Source: Eledone cirrhosa
Lineage: Eukaryota
Length of the DNA stretch: 64,000 nt
NCBI GenBank assembly: GCA_964016885.1
Contig: OZ024745.1
Coordinates: forward strand, 33,604,001-33,668,000
Direction of reading: 5' to 3'
Shown: one piece after another, positions 1 to 12,865 of the stretch
Layout of the letters: each line of letters starts with the position of its first letter
Numbering within the stretch: position 1 is the first letter of the stretch
The notes under the pieces: model-generated
What the model saw: only the letters and a program-made list of their open reading frames with translations
What the model was told of the DNA's origin: nothing
Databases searched by the model: none
Translations under genes and position numbers: made by a program

Positions 1-2060
1 AATGTAGATGATGAAAAGAAGTGGGCTCACACAGTGCCTTGTGGGACGCCACTGCTGACTTTGGCAGGGCTGGGTTCTGCCTGTCAGGAAACATTTGATC
101 CACTGTAGTAACCTTCCAGAGACACCAATATTGGATAGGTTTTTCAGTAGAATCTTATGATCAACCCTGTCGAAGGCCTTGCTGAAATCAAGGTAGATGA
201 CATCATTGTTGGAGCCCTCTCCCAAGGCTCTCAAAACACCGTCAAAGTGATGCAGGAGCTGCGTTAGGCAGTCCCCTCCATTACGGAACCCATGTTGGTT
301 GGAGTTCAGCAGGCTGTTGCTTTCAAGAAAGTGGGTTATTCGTGATCTCACCACCCTCTCAAATACCTTGATAATATGAGAGGTGAGTGAGATCGGATGG
401 TAGTTCACTGCAAGGGACTTATTTCCCTTTTTGAAGACTGGGATAGAAAGTTTTCAGGAATATAGCCAGTGTCCAGTGAGTTCCTCCACAGATTAGCAAG
501 AGGAGTTGCAAGTTGGTGTCGACACACCTTCAGGACACAAGCAGGGAACCTGTCGGGGCCTACTGCTGAATTGTGTTTAATTTTGTTTATTGCCGCTAAG
601 ACATCAGGGGCGCCAAATGTTATGTCTGATATAGGGCGTTGGGTGTTAATATCACTGATACGGCCCAGATCGGCCATATCAGGGTTGCTGAAAACAGAGC
701 AGTATTGTTTCTGCAGTATCTCGCCCATGGTTTTGGCATTGTCTTGGAGTGTGCCATTTTCATCAACTAGGGGGCCAACAGTGGAGACGGTGACCTTGTG
801 TTTTTTAGCGAATGAGAAGAACACTTTGGGGTTGAGTTTGATTTTCTCAATGGCCCACCTCTCTTCAGCTATTCTCTGGTTATTGATGATGGTCATAATG
901 CATTGCTGGAGGTTATTTTTTTTTTACTCAAGCAGGGTGATAGCCATTGAATGTGTGTTGCTGTTGGCAGTATTTTAGTGTGTTAATTTTTTTGTTTGTT
1001 CTTTTTATTTTTCTGATAATTGTTTTTCTGTTTTGGGGGATACTGCACTTGGTTTTGTTCACAGGTTTTGGTGGGGTGTGTTTTGTACATATATTTGTGA
1101 CAGTGTCTACAAAGATCTGCCAAGATGTTTTGATGTTGGTAGAAGTGTGCGCGTGTGTAAAAAACCAGTCGACATGTGATAGTTCGTTCATAATTGCATC
1201 CCAGTTGGCATTGTAGAGATCCATGTTATCAAATGGGTGGGCTGGAGAGAGGACCCTGGGATTAGCATTCGGCTGGTGGAATCTCAGGTTACAAAGAACC
1301 ATGTCATGGTCTGAGAGAAGGGTTTTTTCCACTGTAATATTATGTATAGTGTTAGTGTGGTTACTAAACACTAGATCCAGAATGTTCTTCTGATGCCTCA
1401 TTGGTACAAGGACAAGTTGGGACAAGAAAAACTCATTCATGAAGTCAAGAAGTGACTTGACAGCCTCTTTGTCAGTGGTTGAGGCTGTGGAGCCTGGTTT
1501 CAAAATACATGTAGACCAATCGAAAAAAGTATGTTGCTAGAATGGCACTGTTTAATAAAGCATTTAATACTGTTGAGGCATTCTTTGAAACCGATTATGG
1601 GTGTTTGTGGCGGCCTATAGAGCCCAACTAATGTCAGGTCATTGGCTTTATTGTGCAGTGACTGATTCACAGTATCCATTAGAGAATGTTGTGTTGCCAT
1701 CTGCCGTAAAGGAATCATGCAGGAAAATGGCAGTTCCACCCTTCCTTCTGCCAACATGATCCGCACGGATGGTTGTAAAATTTCTCACTCTTACTTCGGC
1801 CTCCAAGTGGGAGTTGTCAAGGTGGGTCTCAGTAAGAATGAAGAAGGGGATGTGAAATGGATTGTTACCAACCCAATCCTCAATGAATTGGATCTTCCAT
1901 TTCTGTGCATTGATGGACGGGCTGATACCTTGTGTATTGAGTAAGAATGTGGAGGCTAGTGTGGTGGCTGGTTTTGACTGTTGCAGGGGGCTTGTTTTGT
2001 GATTGTGTGTTAGTGACAGCAAGGTTGGTGTTGGGTGATGGCTAAAATGTTTTTCTCTAC
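1..2060 (-). pseudogene. LINE ORF2 (APE endonuclease + reverse transcriptase), frameshifted
   Basis: Motifs are split over ORFs 1648-2337, 1500-1766, 928-1503, 405-896 and 1-400. Confidence 0.85.
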
Positions 2061-2080
2061 CTCTTTTGCCAGGTTCATGG

Positions 2081-3211
2081 CTAAAAAAAAAAGATTTTTT
2101 TTTTTTGTTCAGGGAGCAGTTTTTGATTGGATTTGTGGTTACAGCATTGGATAGGGTTGCAGTTCCCTCTTTTGTTGTTGTTGTTGTATTTGTTGTAATT
2201 GTGTCTTTGTGAAAAGACTGGAGCAGCGTTATTTTTGTTGTTGTTGTGATCGTGTCTTTGTGACACGACTGGAGCAGCATTACTTTTGTTGTTTTTGTTG
2301 TTGTAATCATGTCTTTGTGAGGAGACTGGAGTAGCATTACCGCAGCAGGGGGTGGCTTTATTGTGGTTTGTGGGTTGGCATGAAGCCCCTTTTCTTTTCG
2401 CGCGTTGTGTCCCAGGAAGATGAGTGAAGGGACAGTCAGTCAGCAGACATAGCCTCTCATGTTGGGAATGTTGGCAGATTTTGGGACTGCGACCTATACG
2501 TGCAGACAGCGTGCTTTGGTGATGGCTGGCAGTGTTAGTGCGCCTAGTACCCGGTAAATGGGTAAATATAGAGTCGCTATGTGTGCATAGCTTCTGACGT
2601 AGTGAGTAGCGGCATATATGGGGGTTTCTAGTATGTGTAGTGGGAGGTGCATACAGCCCCATAGAACTTTTTTTTTTATAGTTCTTTTGACTATGGCATG
2701 GCTGTGGTGGTGATGTGGGGGAAGAAAGCATTGGTGGTGATGATGATGATGACAACTGTGGTGGGAGAGAGAGCAGTGGTCCATTACTAGCAGTTGGTGT
2801 GACAGGAGATGGTGACGGTGGTGATGGTGATAGCGATAATGATGGCTGAGTGAGTGGCTGAGTGATACTGTCATTTAGAAGTTCAGCGATTATGCTTGAA
2901 TTCAGTAGTGGTTGCTCCTGGCTTTCTGACTGTTGTTGTTGTTGTTGTTGTGTTTGTCCATTAGAGTAAATATGTCGAAGTTTTTCAAAATTTTTTTGAA
3001 TTAGTTTCAAAGAGACTTCAACGTGTTTTAGTTTGTGTATCTGCTTAGCAGATCTCGTCGTAAATGTTTGGGCTGTTTTTTCAGCAATTTCATTCAGACA
3101 TGACGCGTTAATGTTTGATGTTTGTGACAGAGAAAACCATGTATTTATTAAGATGTCAATTTCATTTTCAGACCAATTTCGTCCCTTGTGAGCTTGCTGG
3201 TCAGTAGTCAT
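2081..3211 (-). pseudogene. LINE ORF1-like protein: N-terminal Myb/SANT-like motif, Q/P/S-rich linker, two Cys/His zinc-finger-like repeats
   Basis: RNWSENEIDILINTW; ICRYSLRQKLCTHSDSIFTHLPG and ICQHSQHERLCLLTDCPFTHLPG; lies directly upstream of the endonuclease region. Confidence 0.65.
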
Positions 3212-3432
3212 ATTTTTTTTTTTTTCTTTATTATTATCCTTGTGTGAGTTTTAAGATATTTGTTATTTGATATGTGAATGAGACTTCGGTTATTTGAAGA
3301 AATTAAAGAATCGCGTATATATATATATATTTTCTCTCTTATGGATGTGAGTTTGGTTGTTTGAGGATGTTAATAGTTTTGGGTTATTTGAAGATATCCA
3401 AGGAAAAACGTGTGTATATAATATTATTTGAA

Positions 3433-6235
3433 AAAAACAGGTGTATATAGTCTATGCAATAAGATTCATCTTTTTGACTCCTACGTCAAAAGTATCAACC
3501 CTGACTTCATTAGAGTCACGGAAACTTGGGCACATCCTTTACTCTGTGATGGGGTTTTCAGCATGACTGGCTACAACCTGTTTCGTGAAGACCGCATTAA
3601 TCGTCGTGGTGGTGGTCTACGTTCGGTCAAATCTGTTGGCAATTCCTTGTGCTGATTTGAACCAATCACAGCAGGAAGTTTTTTCTGCGATATACGTATG
3701 ACTATGTCAACACTGCTACTTGGAGTCGTTTACCGTCCCCCAAATTACCATCAGGACACTCAACTTTGTGATATCCTCAGAGCTGCTGCCAGGAAGACAG
3801 CCACTTATGTTTTCATTCCAGGAGACTTCAATCACCCTGAGATTGACTGGGAAACCTTTCGTTGGCTGCCAAGTGCAAATGACTTCCTTGAGCTAGTGCT
3901 GGACTCGAGTTGGTCCAAGGTGGTTACTTCCCCAATGAGAGGTGACAACACTTTGGACCTACTCTTCACCACTACTCCTGAAACGGTCATTAGTGTTACT
4001 GCTGAGGAACCTTTAGGTGACTCTGATCATGCTATGATCATTGCCAATCTATCCCTCATGGGCAGTAACAAGAACCACAACCATCTCCAAACTGCTCACT
4101 TTGACTGGAATAAAGCAGACTGGAACTGTTACTGCACCGAGTTGCAACGGCCAAACTGGCTTGAGTTCTACGACTCTGGAGATGTCAACACAGTACTCCA
4201 GAACATCCTGAGCTCAATATGGACAGCATGTGCAGCATCGGTGCCACGTAAGCGGAAGAAACATCCCAAAAGCACAATTTGGGAGACTGCAGCAGTCCGT
4301 CTTGCCAGAAAAGAACGTTGCAATGCTGAACGTGAGTACAAACTGCACAAATCAGACATTAATAGGAAGAGGCGAAATAGATCGTCCAACCACCTCAAAC
4401 AGGTGACAAAAAAGGCAGTGCTTCAATTTGAGCAGCGCATAGCAACCAGCCCTGACAGTAAGGTGTTCTGGAAGTATGTTCACTCAAAGCAGAGGCCTCA
4501 CTCTCCAGTTGGTCCTCTTCGCAATCCCCACACAAGCCAGGTTACTGATGACCCCAAGGAATGCGCAGAGCTCATTGCTGAATCCTATGCAGGCATTTTC
4601 ACTATTGAAGACCAGAGTGTACCATCTCCACCACCTATGACACCGGACTTTATTACAACTATGGAATTTACACCTGCAATGCTGCGACGTCACCTACAAA
4701 ATAAACGTAACCATGCCTCTCCTGGTGTTGATGGTGTTACGTACCTGCTTCTTAAACGTGGTGGGTACTTCCTTCTGCACCAGTTATCACGCTTCTTCCA
4801 ATTCTCTCTGAACAACAGTGCTACTCCAGAACAGTGGAAAACTGCCAGTGTCATTCCTCTGTTCAAAAAGGGTGACGCACATCACCTGTCAACTATCATC
4901 CAGTCAGTCTTACTAGCTGTATTGCCAAACTGATGGAATCCTGTGTCAGCGAAACACTTTGGAACTTCTGGAGCTCTCACAGTCTTATCCGGCCCTCGCA
5001 ATTTGGATTTATCCCCAACTCCAGATGCTGTGATCAACTTATAGAGTTTCTTGAGGACATCACCCGGATCACTGATGGCGGCTCATGGGTGAATGTTGTT
5101 TACCTTGACTTTGCAAAAGCCTTCAATTCTGTGCCACACAAAAGGCTTATGGCAAAACTCCCTGCAATGGGTGTGAAGGATGATCTTTTTAACCTTCATT
5201 CTCAGTCGAAGAGAGGTAGTCACAGTTCTGGGACAGCATTCCTCACCATATGAGATGTCATCTGGTGTACCACACGGATCTGTTCTTGGCCCCCTTTTGT
5301 TTGTGGCATATATTAATGACATAGATGCCAACTTAAAGAATGCCACAGTACTAAAGTACGCAGATGACATCAAGCTGTACCTTGAGATAAAAAGGACAGA
5401 TCCTGAACACTATAGATCTTGCTTGCAGTCTGACCTGGACACAATGCAACACTGGATCTCAGACTGGCAACTCAAGCTAGCTGTGGACAAGTGCATCACC
5501 ATGCATTTTGGGAGTAAAAACCCAGCGTCCACATACTCCCTACACAGTACTAATATCAAGAAGTCTTCTTGTGAACGTGACCTGGGCATTACGGTCAGCA
5601 GTGATTTGCGTTGGACGAGGCACGTCTCTAAAATTGTCAAGAGGGCCGAGGGTGTCTTAGCATCACTCAGCAAGACCTTTGTCAGCCGCTCTCCAGATAT
5701 TTAAGGCTGTACATGGCTATGGTGCGACCACACTTAGAATTTGCATCACTAGTTTGGAACCCCTATCTTGCTCAGAACATTGACCGCCTGGAAACTATTC
5801 AGAGACGTGCAACCAAGCGAATACCCTCCATCAGGCATCTACCATACTCTGAGCGCCTGCCTCCCTGGGCAAAATTATTAACCATCTTGCCAACAACAAC
5901 CCTGAGTACCTTTTTGATTTCCATGTGTCTAACACACGTGGACATGCCCACAAAGTAAGAAAACAGCACAGTTCCCATGACTTTCGGAAACATTTTTTCA
6001 CGCTCAGAGTTGCTGAAGCATAGAACAAACTACCTGCATCAGTTGTTAGCTGTCGAGACACTGCATCCTTTAAGGCCTCCATGATTCCCGAGATCTGCCA
6101 ACACTACAGCTAACACATACACACATGTACTTCCCTGACATTTGTGTATTATTCTATGTACTATACATACACCCTTGACGAGTTGTAGTGCACCTGAGCA
6201 CTTTACACAATAATTTCATTATTATTATTATTATT
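3433..6235 (+). mobile_element. CR1-clade LINE, 5'-truncated at the start of ORF2, frameshifted, (ATT)n tail, 18-bp target-site duplication
   Basis: VTETW, YRPP, GDFNHP, LDLLF, GDSDH (APE); QFGF, YLDFAKAFNSVPH, SGVPHGSVLGPLLF, KYADD (RT); tail at 6218-6235; TATATAATATTATTTGAA at 3415-3432 and 6236-6253. Confidence 0.93.
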
Positions 6236-6267
6236 TATATAATATTATTTGAAGAAATTAAAGAATC

Positions 6268-6309
<42 letters not shown>

Positions 6310-6817
6310 TCTCTTATGGATGTGAATTTGGTTGTTTGAGGATGTTAATAGTTTTTGGTTATTTGGTTGTTTGAAGATATCCGAGGAAAAACGAGTGTAT
6401 ATAATAGTTTGTAGTTAAGAAGACTTACTTGCGAGTTTGTAGGGAAAGCACGTGTATTTGTATATACTTTTTTCCCTTATGTGAGTGAGCCTTTGGTTAT
6501 TTGGAGATATTAAGGTAGCGTATATATATAGATGTGTATTCTCTTTTATGGATGTGAGATTTGGTTATTTGGTTGTTTAAGGTTGTTAAAAGGTTTTGGT
6601 TATTTGGTTGTTTGAAGATATTAAGAGAAAAACGAGTGTATATAATAATCTGTAGTTATGAAAATGTACTTACTTACGAGTTGGTAGGAAAAGCACGTGG
6701 TTACAAGTATATATACAGAAATATATGTTCGGTCAAATAGGCTTTAAAGCTGGATAGCTGGCTACTGACTTTGTAGAGAGCAATATAAACACGTCTGTTC
6801 ACTTCAACAGTCCAAGC

Positions 6818-6948
6818 ATATATATCTATACAAACATATATTTATATATATATATATGAATATATATATATATATGAATATATATATATATGAATATATA
6901 TATATATATATATATGAATATATATATATATATGAATATATATATATA

Positions 6949-6983
<35 letters not shown>

Positions 6984-7079
6984 ATATATATACATATATA
7001 TATATATATGAATATATATATACATATATATATATATATGAATATATATATACATATATATATGAATATATATATATGA

Positions 7080-7117
<38 letters not shown>

Positions 7118-7176
7118 GAATATATATATATGAATCTATATATATATACATATATATATGAATATATATATATATA
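6818..7176. repeat. (TA)n microsatellite with TATGAA interruptions
   Basis: Direct reading. Confidence 0.95.
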
Positions 7177-7371
7177 TTTCGTTTCTGAATTTGTTTAGCA
7201 AGATTCTTTATCTGAAATCGTGTGTTGAGACTGATATTGTTATACTTTGGGAGGGCCATGTTGCCAACAAGAAACACACGCACCAGTTGCTTTCACTTCA
7301 ATTTATTATAATAAATTTATAAATTTATAAATTTCTGGTTGGCTGGCTGGTTCCACAACCAGATAGTTGTT

Positions 7372-7410
7372 TAGTTCCTTCATCACACACTCTGCGACCC
7401 CCCAGTGACT
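7372..7410 (-). ncRNA. Degenerate hammerhead ribozyme in the family A pseudo-LTR (core mutated to CUGGGGG..GAAG, stem I partner deleted)
   Basis: Positional homolog of the intact motif at 41985-42029. Confidence 0.6.
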
Positions 7411-7610
7411 AGGGACTCTTTTCCCCGCTTTTGCGCCTCTCCCCTGTTCTGTCCCATGCAATTCTGTTTCTGTGTGTGTGTTGTGTGCTCAGTCTGCGCA
7501 TGCGCCACATCCGGGTGTCTGTGTGTGTTTATGTTCATTTATTTATTTGTTTATTTACATGTTACTGGTTGGTTGTTTGTTCTATGTGTGTGTGTGTTTT
7601 CATTTTGTCT

Positions 7611-9770
7611 TTAATTGTAAGTTGTGATGTTGCTGTTCCACTCATATTTTCTATTTAATTTTGGTTGTAATTCTTTTATGTTTATTGCCTCTGTGATTTG
7701 TCTAAACATTGCGTCTTTTCTGTGTGTAGATTCTATTTTTATTTCTATGTTCTCTAATTTACCCTTGTGTTCTATTTTAGCATGTTGGTAGAGTACAGAT
7801 GATTCTTTACTATCTTGAAGGTCTCGCCAGTGTTCATTTATCCGTTCCCCTACACTACGAGCTGTCTCACCTATGTACACTATATTTTTGTCTCTACATT
7901 GTCCTTCAGTACATCTTATGCTGTACACTACATTTCTAGTTTTACAGTTAATATGGGGGCTTATTTTACAGGTTATACATTTCTTATCTATACATGAGGG
8001 TCTTTGAAAAGGGTATGTCTTGCTAATAAGTGTTTTTACGGAGGTACCTGGTCTTTCTACTATCTTAATATTGAGTTTATGTTTATCTAGGGCCCTTCTA
8101 AATTTGTAAGCTAATTCACCTCTAGGGGTTGTATCGATGAACATTACACTCTGGTATTTATTGCTATCATACCATGAGTTTATTCTATTAGCCTTGTTCC
8201 TAGTTCTTTCTATTCTATTCCAAAATTTGCTCCTATACAAGGGGCAGGTCCCATTTACGTCATTATTTACCATTTTTTCCCATTTGGTTCTGGCTCCTCT
8301 ATACACTCTGATTTTATCTCTCTGATTGTAGCCAGAGAACTGCATACGGTGGATGAAGTGTTGTATGTGTCTCTCTAGTTCTTCGGGATTGCACATGCGG
8401 GACACGTTTCTCATCACCCGTACCAAATCCGCAATTAGTATGTTGATTTTGGTATGGTCCGAAACGGCCGAGTTTCGGTGGATCAGATGTTTGGAAGTCA
8501 TGGGTTTGGCATAATGGGAATGGAGGATTTGTTTTTTGTTATTAATGGTATCTAACCAGAGCTCTGTGTCTAGTACAGGTAATCGATGGTTGGGGTGTTT
8601 ACTTGGGTAGTCTATAGTAACTCTAATACTCTGGTGGATGGAGTTTGCTATTTGCTGGATGCTTTCCATTGTGTTTTTCTCTAGTTCCTGACTGTTCTCT
8701 AGTGGGGGTGTCTTAACTACGATGTTTATATCATCAACGTAGCGGGAGTACATTATCAGGGTTAAGGGGTCTTCTAATTGTTCTTTAAGTTTAAGTTTAA
8801 GTCTACTGTCCCACCATACCATGAATAAGTTAGCTATGTCGCCTGCAATGCTAACACCAATGGCTGCTCCTTCCTCTTGGGCATATGTTTTTCCATTAAA
8901 TTTGAACATATGTTCCTTAAGGGTTAGTTTTATGCTGGCCCCTACCGCATGTGCAATCATTTTCTTCAGTTCATCGTGGTTTTCGGGTGTCCGTATGGCT
9001 CTGGTCCACCCGTTCCATCTCTCTGTGTGGGTTTTCTTGGCCATTGAGGTAATGGTAGGTGGTCTGCCTCTTGCTGGTCTTGTAGGGCACAGGTTGCTAA
9101 GGTCATATGTGTCTAGGTAATTATTACTATAGGTAAGTTTAAGTAGGAGTCCCAGCTCACTGGTATCAATCCCACGGAACTCAACATTGCTCTCACTGAT
9201 CATTTCTACGCATTTCTCCACAGCAAAATCCACGTCAATAGATGGATACAGGGACACAACATCCATACTACCTATTATGCAGTTTGTTAGGTCCCTAGAT
9301 CGGTTACCCCCGCCGATTCTGCTGAGGAGGTCCTCCGTGCTGTCACATACATCTGGGGACATTTCAATGATGGGGCGTATGATCAGGGAGAGGAAGTAGG
9401 ACAGTCTGTAGTTACTAGCAATGTTAGCTCCACAGACTGGCCGTGTTGGTGGTCCCGTGACAGGGTCACTGCCCGTTTTATGGTCTTTTCGAAGCCCATA
9501 CAATGCCGGCACGTCATTGTTCCAGGCCTGGAAGTTGTTGGCAGTCCTTTTGTTGGGCTGCATTATATTCGTCCACATCACCATATGGGCATTGAGGGCT
9601 TTTTCTCTATCCTCATGCTCCTGTGGTGTTACCTCTCTTGTGTTAGTGATGTGGGGTTGCATTGCCTGGATGTAGTTTGGCAGGCTGTCAACCGACATTC
9701 TGCCAGACTTGTCTGTTGGAAAGCATGCTATCTCTCCATTACGCGAGCGCTGCCTGAGCTTACGCAAGCC
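7611..9770 (-). CDS. PLE reverse transcriptase/GIY-YIG endonuclease, about 720 uninterrupted codons, true N-terminus missing
   Basis: Open frame in the ORF track (7611-10160). The first ~130 aa of that ORF are the antisense of the fold-back arm and of the RTE, not PLE protein. Confidence 0.88.
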   Translation of the reverse strand, partial: GLRKLRQRSRNGEIACFPTDKSGRMSVDSLPNYIQAMQPHITNTREVTPQEHEDREKALNAHMVMWTNIMQPNKRTANNFQAWNNDVPALYGLRKDHKTGSDPVTGPPTRPVCGANIASNYRLSYFLSLIIRPIIEMSPDVCDSTEDLLSRIGGGNRSRDLTNCIIGSMDVVSLYPSIDVDFAVEKCVEMISESNVEFRGIDTSELGLLLKLTYSNNYLDTYDLSNLCPTRPARGRPPTITSMAKKTHTERWNGWTRAIRTPENHDELKKMIAHAVGASIKLTLKEHMFKFNGKTYAQEEGAAIGVSIAGDIANLFMVWWDSRLKLKLKEQLEDPLTLIMYSRYVDDINIVVKTPPLENSQELEKNTMESIQQIANSIHQSIRVTIDYPSKHPNHRLPVLDTELWLDTINNKKQILHSHYAKPMTSKHLIHRNSAVSDHTKINILIADLVRVMRNVSRMCNPEELERHIQHFIHRMQFSGYNQRDKIRVYRGARTKWEKMVNNDVNGTCPLYRSKFWNRIERTRNKANRINSWYDSNKYQSVMFIDTTPRGELAYKFRRALDKHKLNIKIVERPGTSVKTLISKTYPFQRPSCIDKKCITCKISPHINCKTRNVVYSIRCTEGQCRDKNIVYIGETARSVGERINEHWRDLQDSKESSVLYQHAKIEHKGKLENIEIKIESTHRKDAMFRQITEAINIKELQPKLNRKYEWNSNITTYN

Positions 9771-10014
9771 AAAAAAAAAAAAAAATCTGCAAATGGCTTG
9801 CGTAAGCTCATGCAGCGCTCGCGTAATGGAGAGATAGCATGCTTTCCAACAGACAAGTCTGGCAGAATGTCGGTTGACAGTCTGCCAAACTACATCCAGG
9901 CAATGCAACCCCACATCACTAACACAAGAGAAGTAACACCACAAGAGCATGAGGATAGAGAAAAAGCCCTCAATGCCCATATGGTGATGTGGACGAATAT
10001 AATGCAGCCCAACA
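9551..10014. repeat. Fold-back inverted repeat (~220-bp arms, A-rich 22-nt spacer) at the PLE 5' truncation
   Basis: 9551-9771 is the reverse complement of 9794-10014 with a few substitutions. Confidence 0.95.
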
Positions 10015-12381
10015 GCAGAGGAAAGAAAGTTCAAGCATGTTCTACAACGCGAGGACCAAAAACGTGAGGTGTTCAGGATTGCTAGGCAATGTGTCAAGGA
10101 AAACCGTGATATTGTTGGGGAGAAGTGTGTACTAAATGATGATGGCGCACTTGCCATCACTGACGCTGATAAGAAGGTAGCTTGGAAGTGTCACTACAAA
10201 AGGCTACTAAATGAGGAGAATAAATGGAAGAAGGATAGTCTCCCCCAGATCGATCCAATAGAGGGACCAGCAGTGTTAGTTGAAGGTAGTAAAATAAGTA
10301 AGGCAATCAAAGATATGAAGACAGGTAAGGCGGCTGGGCCTTCGGAAATAGTTGCTGAGATGCTGAAAGCCTCTGGAATGGTGGGACACACCATGGTCAC
10401 CCGGATAGTAAACCAAGTCATACAGAATGGGGTTGTTCCGAAGGACTGGCGTAGCAGCATCATCATTAACTGTTACAATTGTAAAGGAGACGCCCTAGAT
10501 AGGAGTAACTATAGAGGCATTGAATTAATCGACCAGGTCATGAAGGTCACGGAAAAAGTAATAGTGCAACTAATCAGAGAGCGAATTGATCTAGATGAAA
10601 TGCAGTTCGGGTTTGTGTCAGGCAAAAGTACCACAGACGCTCTTTTCATTGTACGACAACTACAGGAGAAGTACCTAGCTAAAAGTAAACCCCTATACTT
10701 AGCCTTTGTCGACTTGGAGAAAGCGTTCGACAGAGTCCCCCGTTCCATTATCTGGTGGGCTCTTAGAAAACTAGGTGTTGATGAATGGCTTGTGAGAGCT
10801 ATACAAGCCATGTATAAAGAAACAGTCAGCAAGGTTAGAATTAACAACGAATATAGTGAAGAGTTTAGCATAAAAGTTGGTGTTCATCAGGGCTCTGTTC
10901 TTAGCCCCTACTATTTATTATTGCCCTACAGGCTATAACAGTGGAGTTCAAGACATGCTGCCCATGGGAACTCCTATACGCAGATGATCTAACGCTCATA
11001 GCTGAATCAATGGCCGAGCTAGAGAAGAAATTCCAAACATGGAAGCACGGCCTAGAATCAAAAGGCCTTAAAATTAACCTGGCTAAGACTAAAGTTCTAG
11101 TTTGTAGGAAAGAAAATAAGGCGCCGGTCCCTTCCGGGAAATGGCCATGCTCAGTGTGTAGGAAAGGCGTAGGTAGAAACTCCATTTTATGTCCCAAATG
11201 CAAAGTATGGGTGCATAAAAGATGTAGTGGGATCACAGGTAAGCTAACTAAGAACATAGATTTTACATGTGGCCGGTGCTCTGGTGCAATAAGTAGCAGC
11301 AAGTGCTCACAAAATACTAGCTCTTTCAATTGCGCAGAGGGTTCTATAGAAATAGTGGACAGCTTCCGTTACCTGGGTGACAAAATCAGCAGTGGGGGTG
11401 GGTGCTCTGAAAGTACAGTAGCTAGAGTCAGAACTGGATGGAAAAAGTTCAGAGAGCTTATACCACTATTAGCCGCTAAAGGGTTCTCCCTAAAAATGAA
11501 AGGCAGGCTGTATGATGCCTGCATACGAACAGCAATGTTGCATGGCAGTGAGACCTGGGCATTGTGTGCAGAGGATATACGCAGACTAGAGAGGAACGAA
11601 GCTTGCATGCTCCGTTGGATGTGTAATAGTAATATACGCGAACGGCAGAGCATAAACGAACTAAGGGAAAAATTAGAAATAAGAGGGATCAGATGTTGTT
11701 TACTCGAGAGAAGGCTACGTTGGTATGGTCACGTGATGCACATGAAAGACGACAGCTGTATAAAAAAGTGCAGGGCAATAAAGATAGACGGTAGCCACGG
11801 AGTAGACAGACCCAGAAAAAGCTGGGACGACCTGATAAATTCCGACCTCACACACTTACACCTCTCCAAGACAATGTCACTGGACCGAGATCTTTGGCAG
11901 TACTCAGTAATAGAGAAGACCCGCCTTACCTGAAATACAAAGTAAAACCTACTACAGTCAGTAGGCATCTCTAACAAAACACACCTCGTCCCACCACCCC
12001 CACCCCTTTCAATGTAAAGTTATGTTGGTGCCACAACATCCAGGCCGAAACAAATGAGATCGTGTAGGTGTCACAACAAAAAAACACACAGTCCACGCTG
12101 TAATGTGGCCGTGTAGGCAACACGGTAAAAATCTCCCAGTCCCACACTGTAAATGTGGTTGGTGTTAGGAAGGGCATCCAGCTGTAGAAAATCCGCCAGA
12201 CAGTCCACGCTGTAATGTGGCCGTGTAGGCAACACGGTAAAAACCTCCCAGCCCCACACTGTAAATGTGGTTGGTGTTAGGAAGGGCATCCAGCTGTAGA
12301 AAACCCGCCAGACAGTCCTATGCAAACAAGACAACCACTCTTGCCTCAAGTGGGAAAACTCCCGTCCAAACCCATGCAAAC

Positions 12382-12412
<31 letters not shown>
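10015..12412 (+). mobile_element. RTE-clade LINE, 5'-truncated, one frameshift in RT, PHD-like finger, (GAT)n tail
   Basis: GKAAGPS, NYRGI, QFGFVSGKSTTDA, FVDLEKAFDRVPR, GVHQGSVLSP, LLYADD, CSVC..CPKCKVWVHKRC..CGRC, LHGSETW, RLRWYGHV; ~112-bp tandem duplication in the 3' UTR (12089-12318); GATGAT tail. Confidence 0.95.
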
Positions 12413-12414
<2 letters not shown>

Positions 12415-12464
12415 ATATATATGTCTATATATATATATATATGTGTCGTTTATTTATCATATAT

Positions 12465-12600
12465 ATATAATTGTTTCTACTTTAGGCACAAGGCCAGAAA
12501 TTACCCAGTGCATTACTGGTACTTTATTTTATCGACCCCGTAAGGATGAAAGGCAAAGTCAACCTCGGCGGGATTTGAACTCAGATCGTAAAGGGACGTA
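12465..12600 (-). mobile_element. MetaSINE-like SINE, 5'-truncated
   Basis: Minus strand GAGTTCAAATCCC (B box) followed by GAGGTTGACTTTGCCTTTCATCCTTACGGGGTCGATAAAATAAAGTACC (Meta-like domain). Confidence 0.75.
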
Positions 12601-12865
12601 ACTATGCTGGATGGCGATGAATTAATTTTGCGAGGTTTTTGACATGAAATTGTGTGTCGAAACAAATATTGTTATACTTGGGGAGGGTCATATTTGTGTA
12701 ATAATATTGCCAGAATTAATAACAACACACTCACTGTTTGGTTGGTTTTCGCTTCTGTGTCTTTTATATCGGTTAATTTAATTTATTCGGTCCTCAATGT
12801 TGCCATTGACTGACCAACGGTCAAAAATACAGATACAATATAGACACAAACACATATATATAGTC

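Larger units (their letters stand above)
1..6803 (-). mobile_element. CR1/L2-group non-LTR retrotransposon (ORF1 + APE/RT ORF2, degenerate) with a tandemly repetitive 5' UTR interrupted by a second LINE; 3' part lies outside the window
   Basis: Minus-strand fragments: ILTETHL..RADHVGRRKGGTAIF, GLYRPP, NILDLVF..LSDH (APE endonuclease); NPKVFFSFAK, AVGPDRFPA and YLDFSKAFDRV near 160-200 (RT). Related ~130-bp units (TTATGGATGTGA..TTTGGTT..TTTGAAGATAT) at 3240-3432 and 6254-6720 form the putative 5' UTR. Confidence 0.85.
7177..9771 (-). mobile_element. Penelope-like element (family A), 5'-truncated, RT + C-terminal GIY-YIG, 3' pseudo-LTR ending in (TA)n
   Basis: TDKSGR, YGLRKDHK, RPVCGA, MDVVSLYPSI, GAAIG, YSRYVDD, LPVLD, CIDKKCITC, VVYSIRC..YIGETARS..RINEH, QITEAINI..PKLNRK. 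Confidence 0.95.

Noticed and set aside
9771-10160. Apparent N-terminal extension making an 849-aa PLE protein
   Set aside because: Antisense of the fold-back arm, the poly-A linker and the adjacent RTE.
12089-12318. Repeat-spacer or CRISPR-like pattern
   Set aside because: A simple two-unit tandem duplication in a eukaryotic RTE 3' UTR.
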